This document shows positions 8,956 through 19,949 of a stretch of DNA of 48,484 nt, piece after piece (within the stretch, counting starts at the first letter, position 1; the number at the start of each line of letters is the position of its first letter). Source of the stretch: a virus (taxonomy: Duplodnaviria; Caudoviricetes); the IMG/VR virus record IMGVR_UViG_3300025600_000008, positions 1 to 48,484 of that record; one strand, 5' to 3'. Below the pieces are notes generated by a model that did no database searches, was not told where the DNA came from, and saw nothing but the letters and a program-made list of their open reading frames with translations. The position numbers and the translations under genes were made by a program.

Positions 8956-11120
8956 GCTATATATCTTTCTATTATGGTAATTTCCGCCCTGTCTTCGTTG
9001 TTTTTCTTTTTCAAAGATAATAAAAAACCGCTGATTGTATCAGAAAATTTTATATAACCTAACAGATTCGCATTTAATAACTCCAAATCTGAAAAGTCAA
9101 ACCGGCATGTGATTATATGTTTCATTGATTTGTAGATCGGATTCTCCAAACTTGAAATATAAATATCATCGCTTTCGGTTATTGTATATTGATCATTGCC
9201 CGAATTAGTCAATCCGGTTGTTTTTAAATTACTTGCTTTGTCGCTGACCTGGAACCGCAAAACATCTGCATTAACTTTAGTCATTCCGGCCTTAATTCTA
9301 TTCCCTTGTCTGATCAACATTCGCGACGGTGTAAAGTATCGATTCAATAAATCATTCTTGAAAATACTTGAATCATCATCGATTTGAATATTTTCACCAC
9401 GTTCAGGAACCCAATTGTAAGTAATATTTCGCTGCGTTTTTACGATGAATACATCACTATCATTTCGGGTATCTACTGTTCCATTTAGGTCAATGGGGTT
9501 TGAAAGGTTGGTTAATATTCCTTTTGTATCGCCTCTTAATTTCGATATGTTCTCCCATTTAGTAGCGGTATTCATTGGGCTTGTTCGCTGGTGTGTCGTA
9601 TTAGGCTCGCCCCTGCCGTTAATCGATAGGTATTCAAAGTTATCAAAACCACATTTAATATCAATAGGTATTAATTCAGGCATAACAGCGGATTGAATAT
9701 CGTAACCTGTAATCCTGTCTGATAAATCCAATACCTGAACATCCTGAAAAAAGTAAGCATACTCTTCAATTCTTATTCTCAAATTCCCGTCAATCGAACT
9801 ATCAAACATGTAGCCAACGTTCCAAATCGCCTTTAAACTTGCAAATAAATCTTTGAAGTTTAAAGGCAGTGGATTATCAGTATAGTTAAGCGGTAATCCC
9901 ATCTGATTGCGTCCTGATTGAATGTGTGCGAATCTTAATTGGCTTTCCGATGGGTAACTATTCCCAAATTCATCAAATGGCACTTCCATCCGGCCAAAGA
10001 AATTTGAGTAAAAAGGAAATTGATTGTCCATTATATGCTGGCAAAGTCTTTCGGTTGCTTCATAAACCGGAAACCCTTCAGTAATAGCCGCCGGACTTGC
10101 TGCGATTCTTTGTGTGACTTTGACGTAAGATGAATTTACAGTCGCTGCAATCCCTTCAATACACCCCGTAATTACAACCAACTTCAATTCATTACCTTTA
10201 GTGACTGTAATGTAAATTGTATCAGTTAGGGTATAAAGTTTATTCATACCTCCGAACCCGTCCGATATTGGATATTCATTTATGATTGTAGTAATTCCAT
10301 TTTCTGTTTTCGTCTCAATTATTTGAGGTCTCCAAGGATAAGATCCAGTATGCCGTTTGGTCACAACAAAAGCCAAAAAAGCGGTTATTTCTAAATCCTT
10401 ATCGAACTGAGCCGGACCAAAAAATGATGGCAAACTACCTAATTGATTTATATTTCTTTGTGTTACATACGAAACGGTCTGCATTTCAGGAATATTTGAC
10501 GATATTAACTTAACAGGCAACGAAGTATATCCATCCCCTACGCCAATACGTGGTAAATTATATACGCCCGTTCTGTCGTACACCGTACCAATGTTAAATA
10601 TATCAGTAGCATCGTAGCCGATTGTCTTTTTGAATTGTGGGTAATCGACAATATCAAACCCTCCGATAGATTTTAGCTTCGTAATATCAACATTTACATA
10701 TATTCTGTTGTCTAATTTCGTTTGCTCTTCGCTGTTTATTGCTTTAACCTTTACCCCGAATGCAAATTTACCAACCTTAACAATCTCGTAAAAGTTAAAA
10801 TTAATATCAAATCGTGATGGAAATTCAATATACTCTCTTAACGAGCTTTTCCACCAATAAATAATTAAAGTGCATTTTGCATTGACTTCATACGCTTCAT
10901 AAAGGTTGCGAAGGAATTGAGCGCCATTGCTTACGAACGTTAAAGAATCCTGTTGAAACGAACTAAATACCCCGCCTGAATCTAAGTCGCGTTTGATGTT
11001 TAAGGTTCCCGAAGACCATTCTAGCGGTTCTGGTTTGCATATTACCTCATCTGTTGTGGTCAATAGTTTAAACTGGTACATTGCTGGTGTGTTCGATTCT
11101 ATTTCTTTTAAAAATGCCAT
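8952..11120 (-). CDS. Putative tail hub/baseplate protein
   Basis: 722 aa directly after the tape measure gene; EP.EW and LRIE..YFF motifs; call is positional. Confidence 0.6.
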   Translation of the reverse strand: MAFLKEIESNTPAMYQFKLLTTTDEVICKPEPLEWSSGTLNIKRDLDSGGVFSSFQQDSLTFVSNGAQFLRNLYEAYEVNAKCTLIIYWWKSSLREYIEFPSRFDINFNFYEIVKVGKFAFGVKVKAINSEEQTKLDNRIYVNVDITKLKSIGGFDIVDYPQFKKTIGYDATDIFNIGTVYDRTGVYNLPRIGVGDGYTSLPVKLISSNIPEMQTVSYVTQRNINQLGSLPSFFGPAQFDKDLEITAFLAFVVTKRHTGSYPWRPQIIETKTENGITTIINEYPISDGFGGMNKLYTLTDTIYITVTKGNELKLVVITGCIEGIAATVNSSYVKVTQRIAASPAAITEGFPVYEATERLCQHIMDNQFPFYSNFFGRMEVPFDEFGNSYPSESQLRFAHIQSGRNQMGLPLNYTDNPLPLNFKDLFASLKAIWNVGYMFDSSIDGNLRIRIEEYAYFFQDVQVLDLSDRITGYDIQSAVMPELIPIDIKCGFDNFEYLSINGRGEPNTTHQRTSPMNTATKWENISKLRGDTKGILTNLSNPIDLNGTVDTRNDSDVFIVKTQRNITYNWVPERGENIQIDDDSSIFKNDLLNRYFTPSRMLIRQGNRIKAGMTKVNADVLRFQVSDKASNLKTTGLTNSGNDQYTITESDDIYISSLENPIYKSMKHIITCRFDFSDLELLNANLLGYIKFSDTISGFLLSLKKKNNEDRAEITIIERYIA

Positions 11121-11121
11121 A

Positions 11122-13650
11122 TTAATTACGGGTTAATCGGTTAAGATAAATCGTTTGTGAATGAGACGTTCCGTGTCCAATTTGCCTGTGATCCTGATCG
11201 TATATTGCGACAGGTTTAGACAATATTGCCTTTCGTACTGATATCATCTCGTTTAATAATCTATCATCTGTCATTTGCCTACCACCTGCCGAATGTTCAG
11301 ATAATCCAATCATTTTTTCAGTTTCGGGATTACTAAAGATTTGCGCCCCTTTGAATTTACTGCCCTCGAAGTATGTTGCCTTATTTGCCATCATTAATTC
11401 GCCTGAACGTAACGACATAATCTCGCGACCGGCCTCTCCAAAGATACCCATTCCTGGAGCATCCTTTGTCCCATGTTTGAATTTCGGGATTGGTTGAGCA
11501 AGTACCATTCCAGATTGTACCGCGCCAAGTGCGATAGTCGCTAAAAGTAAAGGCAGGCCCAAAGGTAACGGAACATTTGCAAGGGTCTTCATACTTGCCA
11601 TTGCTGTATTGAGCGCGATATTAAACAGCGCTTGTATTTTATCTGCCTTTGCTTGTTTCGTTTTAATAACTGCTGATTTCTTTGCGTATTCCTCTTCGAT
11701 CTTTACCTTTTGCGCTTCGGTTAGATTTTTGTTTGCTAATTTAGCCGTCTTTTCCTTTTCAAGTGCGCTTAATTCTTCATCACGTTTTGCAGATCCTAAA
11801 TCAAAGGCACCGTTAACTATTTCTGATGCAATATCGAACTCCTTATCACGAAGATCTTCCTGCCTTTTCTTTTTATCATCTGCCGCTTTTTCTTCGGCTT
11901 TTTTAATGTCGTCAATCTCTTTCAACGAACTATCGACGCTTGCTATATCTGCATCAATTTTATTCTTTAGGGTATCATCAATTAACTTTTGTTTTTCTTT
12001 TTCGGTTTCCTCGAGTTTTTTTAGTGTTTCATCTTCTGATTTAATCGTAATATCCTGAATTTGCAATTGTGCATCTTCGTATTCTTTCGTTCCAATTTTA
12101 TATAAACTCGCTTTTTTATTTTGAAATTTAATTTCCTGCGCTTCTAATTCTGCCTTATACTGATCATCATCTGTAATGCCGTCGATATGACGTTGCTTAA
12201 CTAATTGTAATTGTTTGCTATTTTCTATTTCAACGCCCTTGATCGCTTTTTCGCGCGCATCCTTTGCGGCCTGTACCCCCTCTTTAAGTATTGCATCTTT
12301 TTCAGTCGCTAATCCTCTCTGTAGTCTTCGGCTTTCTGTTTGGAGTTCCCTATCTTTGTTAAATTCATCTGATTTTGATTTTTGAAGTTTCTGAAATTCC
12401 TCTTCGTTTTTATTTTCAAATTCAGCAAATGCTGCATCTTTCTCCATAAGAGACGCCAACTCTTTATCGTCAACCGATAGCCATAACCTTAACTCTGCCT
12501 CTTTCTGTTCTTTTGTGAGTTTATTATTTTGAATTTTTGATGCAAGGTTTGATACTTCAGCATTATTTTTTTCAGTTAAAAATCCCTTTTCGATTCCATT
12601 TAACTCTATTTCTTTATCCATTGCTAATTGCAATGTTGCAAGTTTTGCCTTCCCGGTTTCAGTGTATGCTTTGTTTTTTAATGTTTCAACTTCAAGGGCA
12701 AGTTTAGCCATTCTGTTTTGCGCCGATGCCTCCCTGTCATTTATGTCATCCATTACAGTGGCATAATCTGTTCCGGCTTTTATGGTTCCTTTTATCTGGT
12801 CTGTAATTCCTCCAAAAGTATCCTTTCCGTTTTTCTTTATACCCTCCCAATCGAATGTAGCTATCGATCCAATTAATTTAAACATTGACATTAATCGATC
12901 TAAAAGAATATCTACAACATTGCCAACGGCTTTTAATGCACCAGCAAAGGCCACCGCTCCCGAATCGGTTGAAGTAAACGCTTTGAATAGTCCGGCTAAT
13001 ACAAAAGCAATACCGGCTATAACTGCCACGATTGGTATTTTCATTAACGACATAAGTGAAGATCCAAAACTTTGAACTCCTGAAACTGCACCACCAAGCG
13101 GGCCGGGCAAATTTGCAAGTGCTGAACCATAATCTCCAACCCGCCGTTGGTGCCTATTTGTAGCCTCTTCCGCTGATTGTATTTCGAGACTTAAATTATT
13201 TATCTGATCTGCTGCTGCTTTTGTTCTGGTACCAGCCTGATCATATGCCTTTGTTAGTTCAGATAACTTTTGCCTCATTCGAACCAAAGAACCCTCTTCG
13301 GCCTCGCTTGCTTTTATTTTATCATTAATAGCCTTTTTTTGATCGGCTAAGGCCTTATTGTTTTTTTGAATTTGTTCGTAAATATCTTTGTCGAATTCAT
13401 TTAGTTTTTTCTCGCTGTCCGCTAACTGCTTATTTTGCTTTTCAAGTTCGGTTGTTATTTGCGCAGTTTGTTTTTGCGCCTGATTTAACGCGGTTGTAGA
13501 TGTGACGTTTGCATTAACGGCCACACTGCTATCGTTAATGGTTTTAACCAGCTTTAAATAATTTGCAGCCGTTAGATTTAGCGTTGCATTTAAGGCAGTT
13601 AATCCTTTGTCTATCTGCTCGATCTGTACAATCTCATTCGCGTTCGCCAT
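11122..13650 (-). CDS. Tail tape measure protein
   Basis: 842 aa coiled coil with EGSL..MR..L..L, R.VGDY, hydrophobic segments and C-terminal PKF..GT..GEAG.E. Confidence 0.85.
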   Translation of the reverse strand: MANANEIVQIEQIDKGLTALNATLNLTAANYLKLVKTINDSSVAVNANVTSTTALNQAQKQTAQITTELEKQNKQLADSEKKLNEFDKDIYEQIQKNNKALADQKKAINDKIKASEAEEGSLVRMRQKLSELTKAYDQAGTRTKAAADQINNLSLEIQSAEEATNRHQRRVGDYGSALANLPGPLGGAVSGVQSFGSSLMSLMKIPIVAVIAGIAFVLAGLFKAFTSTDSGAVAFAGALKAVGNVVDILLDRLMSMFKLIGSIATFDWEGIKKNGKDTFGGITDQIKGTIKAGTDYATVMDDINDREASAQNRMAKLALEVETLKNKAYTETGKAKLATLQLAMDKEIELNGIEKGFLTEKNNAEVSNLASKIQNNKLTKEQKEAELRLWLSVDDKELASLMEKDAAFAEFENKNEEEFQKLQKSKSDEFNKDRELQTESRRLQRGLATEKDAILKEGVQAAKDAREKAIKGVEIENSKQLQLVKQRHIDGITDDDQYKAELEAQEIKFQNKKASLYKIGTKEYEDAQLQIQDITIKSEDETLKKLEETEKEKQKLIDDTLKNKIDADIASVDSSLKEIDDIKKAEEKAADDKKKRQEDLRDKEFDIASEIVNGAFDLGSAKRDEELSALEKEKTAKLANKNLTEAQKVKIEEEYAKKSAVIKTKQAKADKIQALFNIALNTAMASMKTLANVPLPLGLPLLLATIALGAVQSGMVLAQPIPKFKHGTKDAPGMGIFGEAGREIMSLRSGELMMANKATYFEGSKFKGAQIFSNPETEKMIGLSEHSAGGRQMTDDRLLNEMISVRKAILSKPVAIYDQDHRQIGHGTSHSQTIYLNRLTRN

Positions 13651-14263
13651 TATCTTCTATTTTAGATTGTTGTTTTATTTTGTCCTCTGCCATTTCTTTC
13701 ATCTCAATAAAAGTAATTAGCCTCATATTTTCGTCGTAAGGTTCTGACATAAAGTTAAATACGGAATAAATAACCTTTGCGAGCTTTACTTCGCGCTTAT
13801 CTTCATTCTCGACATCCGGAAACATCTCGCGATATTTGTCGGCTTTGTGTTCGATATACTGCCTTAAAGTCGTAATATCTTCAGGTGACTTCAATTCAAT
13901 GCCAGTATGTTTTAATACTTCTTTTTTGACCTCCTCGAACTGTTCTGATTCTGTCAGGTCTTTTCCGATCAATAATTTCCAAGCCTCAATACGCGACTTT
14001 AATCCGACCTCAATAATAACAGCTTTATAGAGTGCCTCAAGTAGTTGAAGTCTTCTATATGCCATTAATTTATCGAACTCATCTTGAATATCAACTATCG
14101 GACTATTTCCGATAAGTTTAAATATTTCGGTTGCAAGTTTTTCCAGCCGTTTGTGAAACAGGAATAACGGAACAAACCAATACTTTTTTAACGAGTTGGC
14201 TGTTTTCGTTGCATCCAATAGGATAATATCACGTAATAAAATTTGATGAATCTTTTTTATCAT
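13634..14263 (-). CDS. Putative tail assembly chaperone
   Basis: Helical protein immediately upstream of the tape measure gene; positional. Confidence 0.5.
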   Translation of the reverse strand: MIKKIHQILLRDIILLDATKTANSLKKYWFVPLFLFHKRLEKLATEIFKLIGNSPIVDIQDEFDKLMAYRRLQLLEALYKAVIIEVGLKSRIEAWKLLIGKDLTESEQFEEVKKEVLKHTGIELKSPEDITTLRQYIEHKADKYREMFPDVENEDKREVKLAKVIYSVFNFMSEPYDENMRLITFIEMKEMAEDKIKQQSKIEDNGERE

Positions 14264-14694
14264 CTCAATACATTTTTTAAGTAATCGTTTATAATCAATG
14301 AGTTATTCGATTCTTTTACTTTCGGCTGATTAGTCGGGCTTATTCCGAATATCTTGCCATAATTCTTTACTAAATACCCGGACTTAGTATCTTTTGAACT
14401 CATAAAGTATTCTTTTGCATTAGGCATAAATATGAACATATCCCTTTGAAATGCACCCGTTAAAAATAGATTAGGCTTTGTTTTGTGCGATCTTTTGGCA
14501 TATACTTTCGTTAGATTCTCTGAACCTGTTGATTTATGAATCAGTGATTTATCGTCTGCATCGGTTGAGTTGAACATTTGCACCCGATTAGCTTCCACGT
14601 TCTTTGGATTAGCCTCAACTATCTTTACAACATTAGCGTCAAAGTTTGCCATCCATTGCGCTGATTTCTTTTGTATGTCGATGATTCTTGCCAT
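14260..14694 (-). CDS. Putative neck/tail completion protein
   Basis: L.LTGAF and L..NYG.IFG motifs resembling phage virion morphogenesis proteins; TATCTTTG promoter at 14699-14706. Confidence 0.55.
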   Translation of the reverse strand: MARIIDIQKKSAQWMANFDANVVKIVEANPKNVEANRVQMFNSTDADDKSLIHKSTGSENLTKVYAKRSHKTKPNLFLTGAFQRDMFIFMPNAKEYFMSSKDTKSGYLVKNYGKIFGISPTNQPKVKESNNSLIINDYLKNVLR

Positions 14695-14707
14695 AATTCA
14701 AAGATAT

Positions 14708-14743
14708 AAAAAAAGGAGGTTGAAATCAGCCCCCTTTATTTTT
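14708..14743 (-). terminator. Intrinsic terminator
   Basis: AAAGGGGGCTGA/TCAACCTCCTTT stem with T runs, just after the 14746 stop. Confidence 0.7.
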
Positions 14744-14745
14744 AG

Positions 14746-14931
14746 TTAAGCGTCTCCGCTCTTTTTCTTATCCGGTATTGGAACTTTAACACCCAATTTT
14801 TCAGCTACGAACTCAGGTGACTCGGTTACGTTTCCTTTCAGCGAATTGTTGTAAATCTCACGGAATCCATTCCACGATACTTTAGACCAATCCACGTCCT
14901 TAGTGTTTATGTCAACTTTCCCGAATTTCAT
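14746..14931 (-). CDS. Small tail-module hypothetical protein
   Basis: 61 aa; TAATG coupling to the tail tube gene. Confidence 0.7.
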   Translation of the reverse strand: MKFGKVDINTKDVDWSKVSWNGFREIYNNSLKGNVTESPEFVAEKLGVKVPIPDKKKSGDA

Positions 14932-15821
14932 TATACAGGAATATTAATGACATTTGACAAATAAGTCACGTGCGTAGACTGAATCAATTCAGCCTGAATT
15001 TCAAAGTCGCCCGTTAAAACAGCGGTTGAGTTTTTGAAAGTCAAAGTGTAGATACCCACATTCGAAAGAGTTGCCGTACATATCGTACACGCACCACCTG
15101 CATCAGTTGATAGACTTATTACCTTCCATTCTGCCGTAGTTGCAAACAATGAGAAAGGAGTTCCAGAAACGCGATGAGTTGCTTTTACAACTACAATACC
15201 AGTTCCTGCGTCGTAAGGGGTAAGAATATCGAGATTGATTCCAACAGGTACAAGTTCTTCAAGTTCCCTGCGTTTGAATGAGGTCTCAATGATCTCATGG
15301 CTTTTCATCTGTTCGATATTATCGAGCATCACATCAAATATGCACGCCTTTTGCTTGCCGTCTCCGCCCGGCTTGGGCATACCGTAGTTAACGAACATAG
15401 TTCCAGAGAATCCAACAACATTACCAGCAGAATCCAAAGGAGCTAAAAGGTTGCCGTCTGCAAGTACTAATACAAAATCATACTCAACGCCGTCAGCCTC
15501 GAACCATGTTTTGTAATCGGCATATGACATAAGTGCATAACCGGTATATTCCCATGCGAAGTCTTTTGTTTTTTCCTTATACCCTGTATTGGATGTCGTG
15601 AACTCTGGAGCTGTTGTTTTATCCTCAATACCCCTGCGAAGACTCACATATGTTCCAGCAATAGCCGCAGATGTATCTGGGTTAATATGTGCTCCCCATC
15701 CTGCCGCTGTTTTTGCAAGTGCAAGCGTGGTAGTAGTTCCGGGGTCAAGTACGATCATCCCCTCGACATCGGGCAAAAACTGTTTGCTCAATCCGTTTCC
15801 TGAACGTTTTAATGTTTTCAT
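14931..15821 (-). CDS. Putative major tail tube protein
   Basis: 296 aa, beta-rich; position between tail terminator and chaperone/tape measure. Confidence 0.6.
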   Translation of the reverse strand: MKTLKRSGNGLSKQFLPDVEGMIVLDPGTTTTLALAKTAAGWGAHINPDTSAAIAGTYVSLRRGIEDKTTAPEFTTSNTGYKEKTKDFAWEYTGYALMSYADYKTWFEADGVEYDFVLVLADGNLLAPLDSAGNVVGFSGTMFVNYGMPKPGGDGKQKACIFDVMLDNIEQMKSHEIIETSFKRRELEELVPVGINLDILTPYDAGTGIVVVKATHRVSGTPFSLFATTAEWKVISLSTDAGGACTICTATLSNVGIYTLTFKNSTAVLTGDFEIQAELIQSTHVTYLSNVINIPV

Positions 15822-16327
15822 ATCAAATTTGTATAAATTGTTTGTAAATTAAATCTAAATAAATAATGTGGCGACATATCAGCTTTCGTTTGCGCATCAT
15901 CTTCACCCCAATCGTAATCCTTAAACCCAGCGAATCCCTGAATTAAACCGTTACTATCAACTGTAAATTGGCTTGAAAGTATCAATTCTAACACATCTTC
16001 GTGTACCTGTTCTGTTGCCTCTGATCTGGTTAATGTCGGGTAAAGTTTTGCAAGATTAACCATAAAACACAACCAAACATCAGCGGTACAAATATCGGCT
16101 TTCATTGGAATGTTCGGTTGAACATCGAAAAAGCATTGAGCATCTTTTGACGTGTCTTTCAGAACCTCAACGTAACTATCGGGTGTAATCCAAATCTCAG
16201 GAGCTAATTTGCCGAAACGTTCATTTCTGAATACCCGGCCATAAAAACTCCGAACATTTGAAGTCCAAAGATAAGCATTAAAGTCTGCTAATAAATCATC
16301 AATCGCTATGTCGATTCCTTTGCTCAT
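15818..16327 (-). CDS. Putative tail terminator/head-tail connector
   Basis: Start moved to MSKGIDI (ATGA overlap at 16324-16327); DM.P...FRF C-terminal motif; positional. Confidence 0.55.
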   Translation of the reverse strand: MSKGIDIAIDDLLADFNAYLWTSNVRSFYGRVFRNERFGKLAPEIWITPDSYVEVLKDTSKDAQCFFDVQPNIPMKADICTADVWLCFMVNLAKLYPTLTRSEATEQVHEDVLELILSSQFTVDSNGLIQGFAGFKDYDWGEDDAQTKADMSPHYLFRFNLQTIYTNLI

Positions 16328-17472
16328 ATTACCGAATGTGTTACATCCCATCCAACAGGAACACAAAGGTATCTATCGAAGGTCTTATTAATCGCGTCAA
16401 TTGCCGTTTTCTTTTGTTGCATGTAATTTCGTGCAACCGTATTGAGTTCGTTATTTAACGACTCGGTAGCAAGTAGTGACAATGTGCGGTCATTATTCAA
16501 GTTCCTTTGCTCCCTGTTTGATTCTGTATTCCCGTTTGTCGTAGCTAATTTCAAAAAGTCAAGTTCGAACTGAGCCTGATAAAACTTCGCAAAATCAACT
16601 TTGTTATTTTCGAGATAAACAGATGAATCAAGATATGCAGAAACATTAAAATTTAAACCATTTGCACTTGATCCAGCAGAATAAGCAGCATCCTTAGCGA
16701 TAGGCCCAATTCCATTAACGGGATAGCAAACAAAACCTTCATACCGCAAAGGGTCGTTATATGATCCCTCACAAAGAACAGATTGAGATGCAAATACAAA
16801 GTAAAATATACCTTTTCCAGAAATGATATACGGGGCCGTTTCGAATGCCAGTGAACCATCTGAAGGATTTAAAACAATCGTTGCTTTCAGCGCACCTTGA
16901 TTGATCACATAAACATTAACAGGATCTGTCGTATCCGCCTGTAAGCTCATTTGATTGATCCGGATTTTAATGTAGTCTGAACCTTTCGGTTCAAATGCCC
17001 ATCCGGACCAATCATTCGAGAGTTGAGTTATCTTCGATCCTAAGTTGTAGATATACTGACTTTCAACAAGTCGCCGATTAAGAGCAAGTGCAGATGTAAC
17101 GTTATCTTCAACTGACCAGATAAAAGACTTTACTTTCAATGATGGAAGCGTTGTCTCTAACCAGTAAGTTTCAGATCCGACAGATCCGGGCGTATGATTT
17201 ATATTTGAATCCAAAAGAGAGCGATAGATTTTACTGTTATATAATACCACGTCCGAACGTTTCCGGCTTGTCTCAAACTTTGAATAAGTCAAAGAAGCGG
17301 AATACGTCGAAAATGAAGCCGTCAAACTTGGAAGCATTGCCAGTAAATTATCTAACGTTACTATCGGGTGTACTCCACGATTCCAGAATAACCCAGAATC
17401 GGGAGTTCCCAATAAATCGGAGTCTAATAAAATATCAGACGTAAAGTCTTCTGCAAAAGCTAAGGTTGCCAT
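16324..17472 (-). CDS. Putative head-tail adaptor
   Basis: Follows the capsid genes; SGL.W...HP..TLDNL N-terminus and a small Y.SL...N..HTP....YW insert. Confidence 0.55.
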   Translation of the reverse strand: MATLAFAEDFTSDILLDSDLLGTPDSGLFWNRGVHPIVTLDNLLAMLPSLTASFSTYSASLTYSKFETSRKRSDVVLYNSKIYRSLLDSNINHTPGSVGSETYWLETTLPSLKVKSFIWSVEDNVTSALALNRRLVESQYIYNLGSKITQLSNDWSGWAFEPKGSDYIKIRINQMSLQADTTDPVNVYVINQGALKATIVLNPSDGSLAFETAPYIISGKGIFYFVFASQSVLCEGSYNDPLRYEGFVCYPVNGIGPIAKDAAYSAGSSANGLNFNVSAYLDSSVYLENNKVDFAKFYQAQFELDFLKLATTNGNTESNREQRNLNNDRTLSLLATESLNNELNTVARNYMQQKKTAIDAINKTFDRYLCVPVGWDVTHSVI

Positions 17473-17481
17473 ATATTTATT

Positions 17482-17931
17482 TTATGCCCAGATACCAGTT
17501 GATGATAATATAAACCATGCCCCAGTTCCGGTTACTCCAGTACCTTTCAGTCTGACGGAGTCTCCGAATGTAGATGATGCTTTTGTATTCACCAAATCAG
17601 TATCAACAGTTCCTACACGTGTTACGATAGTTGCTGCAAGAGTAACAGTTCCTGCGATACCATCAGCAGCAACTGGGGACACAGTTACAATATTATGACC
17701 GGCCGCACCTGTGTTTATGATAGTAACGTCAAAACCTGCAATAGTTGCTGGCAGCGTGATTGTCTTCGCATCAGTCGCAATAAGAAATGTTTTCCCATTA
17801 TCGGCTGCCGTGATCGTGTAGTTATCCGTCAATACAGTAGGATTACCATTAATTGAAGGAGCATAAGCAAGTTTACCATTAGGCATTTCTACGGTCGTAG
17901 AATCTGCGAGAGCTTTATTATAATTACTCAT
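17482..17931 (-). CDS. Putative capsid decoration protein
   Basis: YTITAAD.GK....TITLPA...G beta motif; directly after the major capsid gene. Confidence 0.6.
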   Translation of the reverse strand: MSNYNKALADSTTVEMPNGKLAYAPSINGNPTVLTDNYTITAADNGKTFLIATDAKTITLPATIAGFDVTIINTGAAGHNIVTVSPVAADGIAGTVTLAATIVTRVGTVDTDLVNTKASSTFGDSVRLKGTGVTGTGAWFILSSTGIWA

Positions 17932-17940
17932 GACTTTAAA

Positions 17941-19020
17941 TTAAGATGTTAAGCCTTTGATTTTTACAACATCGTTAACCCTGTTTGCAAGATCAGAATT
18001 GTAACGATAAACAGCATAAAAACGATCCCATATAGCCATTTCCTCGAAGTGAGTCATGATTAAATTAGAATCAGTAGTTGGACTGATAATCGAAGTTGCT
18101 TCGGTTGCCTCGGTGTTAATGAACAAGTTAGGACGTGATTTGATGTAAGGCATTTCAACGTCTGTGATTGACCATTTTTTGTTAGCTACTGTGGTTCCAT
18201 TGCGGAAATCCCAAGGCCAGTTTTCGTAGATACCCATTGCACCATCGCGCATAAGAAATCCTGTGAAATTGTCAGAACCCGGAGAAAGCTGATTAGAAAC
18301 ATACCTACGATCGGCAGGAATGGCAGACTGGGCCCAGATCAAATCTTTAGACTGTTGTGTCTGATATTTGAATGCTTCAGTTTCAGAAACAAGCAAACCA
18401 CCCGGAGATGTTACGATACGATAATCACCACTCAATTGGTTTGCGCGCATTAATTCTTTAAGATACACAAACATGGTATCCTTTTGCGCGGCCTTATTGA
18501 TACTCAAAGTATCGGCGCCTTCATCAAAGGTAAAAGTACCATCGCCCTGCGAAACCTGTGGTCCGAATGCTAATTTCTGAGTTTTACGCGACTCGAGGAT
18601 AGTTTCAATGATGTCGTCTTTTGCGACTGCCATTGCTTTTAATACGTTGCGGGTAATCTGATCTCTCCACCATGCAGCGTCGATCTGGTTGTTTTCAAAA
18701 GATGCAGGGTAGAGCCTGAACCCAGAGAAGATGTCAAAGGCGGTAAAGTAATAAGTATCACTTTCGCCAATGTTTACGGGAATGTTTGAAAATCCCGGAG
18801 TTGTGGTAACGGTTACGGTTTGATCTTTCATCACTGGCAGTTTTGCCAATCTCGAATTAGAGATAGTGTTGAGAGCCGTAACAACTGAAGGCGGGACATA
18901 GTCCACTTTCGCGGTACTATCCCTGACCATGTCAAGCATTCCGTAGTTGCCTTCTAACTTTTCGTTTTGGGCTTCCAGTGCTTGGAAATCATTAAGAACA
19001 GTGTTTGTTAAAAATGCCAT
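17941..19020 (-). CDS. Major capsid protein (putative)
   Basis: 359 aa after a coiled-coil scaffold; size and position typical. Confidence 0.75.
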   Translation of the reverse strand: MAFLTNTVLNDFQALEAQNEKLEGNYGMLDMVRDSTAKVDYVPPSVVTALNTISNSRLAKLPVMKDQTVTVTTTPGFSNIPVNIGESDTYYFTAFDIFSGFRLYPASFENNQIDAAWWRDQITRNVLKAMAVAKDDIIETILESRKTQKLAFGPQVSQGDGTFTFDEGADTLSINKAAQKDTMFVYLKELMRANQLSGDYRIVTSPGGLLVSETEAFKYQTQQSKDLIWAQSAIPADRRYVSNQLSPGSDNFTGFLMRDGAMGIYENWPWDFRNGTTVANKKWSITDVEMPYIKSRPNLFINTEATEATSIISPTTDSNLIMTHFEEMAIWDRFYAVYRYNSDLANRVNDVVKIKGLTS

Positions 19021-19038
19021 TTTGTAAAATTATTTGCT

Positions 19039-19938
19039 TTATTTTTTTGGAGTCTTTTCCAGGAGTTTTGTATTAAATTCAGCGTACTTTATTGCGTAAT
19101 CCTTCGATGTTACAGCCAACGTCAATGTTCCGGTCAAATATTCTTTTATTGCCTTGTTGCGTTCTTCTGGTGTTGCATTATCAGGAATTTCAAAGGGTAC
19201 ACCCTCGACTTTAATATTTTGCTTTCCTTGTGATCCTATGCCGAATGCTTGCCGGCCTTTGATCAATTCAGAAATAGATTTATCATTTTGTACAAGATCA
19301 GACAATTTTGTAATCTTGTATTCATTTGCCTTATCGATGGCAATCGGTTCACCATCTTCATTCAGTTTGATGTTATGAGTTGTCAAAAGCGCATCCTGAA
19401 ACTCTTTCCATTTTGCTTTAGCCTCATACTGATTGACAGTGTCAGGAAAAGCAGGCTTGACATTTGCAAAGGCCACCTTTAATTCCATTGCTGTCATTTG
19501 AGTAGTTGCCGCCTCGTATTTACCCTTATAGTCATTTGTTTCGTAATCAGAAAACTTTGCCTCTTTTTGTTTCAATAGGTCGAGTTCCCCGTTTACTTTT
19601 TCAAGTTGTGATTTCAGTGTCGCGTCGCCTCCGCCTTCTTTAATCTTCTTTTCAAGTTCCTGCTCTTTTTGTTGCAGTGCAGATTTTTGACCCTTGAAAT
19701 AATTTTCGCTTGCAAGGGTTAGGTAATCGCCTAATTTTTGGCCTCCCTCTCTTTGGATGCCGGTAATTAACTGTACTTTATCGGCAGCGCCTTGAATGAT
19801 CTTTTCGGCGTTTTCATTGGCCCTCCCATCCCATGACTGTTTTAAATCAGCTTCAAATGCTGATGTTACGGTCTTTAATTTTCCGGCCTGTTCTTCAGAA
19901 AGTCCCATTTCTGTAATTTGTTCTGCTGTAAATTCCAT
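19039..19938 (-). CDS. Capsid scaffolding protein (putative)
   Basis: Charged coiled coil between portal and capsid genes. Confidence 0.65.
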   Translation of the reverse strand: MEFTAEQITEMGLSEEQAGKLKTVTSAFEADLKQSWDGRANENAEKIIQGAADKVQLITGIQREGGQKLGDYLTLASENYFKGQKSALQQKEQELEKKIKEGGGDATLKSQLEKVNGELDLLKQKEAKFSDYETNDYKGKYEAATTQMTAMELKVAFANVKPAFPDTVNQYEAKAKWKEFQDALLTTHNIKLNEDGEPIAIDKANEYKITKLSDLVQNDKSISELIKGRQAFGIGSQGKQNIKVEGVPFEIPDNATPEERNKAIKEYLTGTLTLAVTSKDYAIKYAEFNTKLLEKTPKK

Positions 19939-19949
19939 AATCTTTTATG

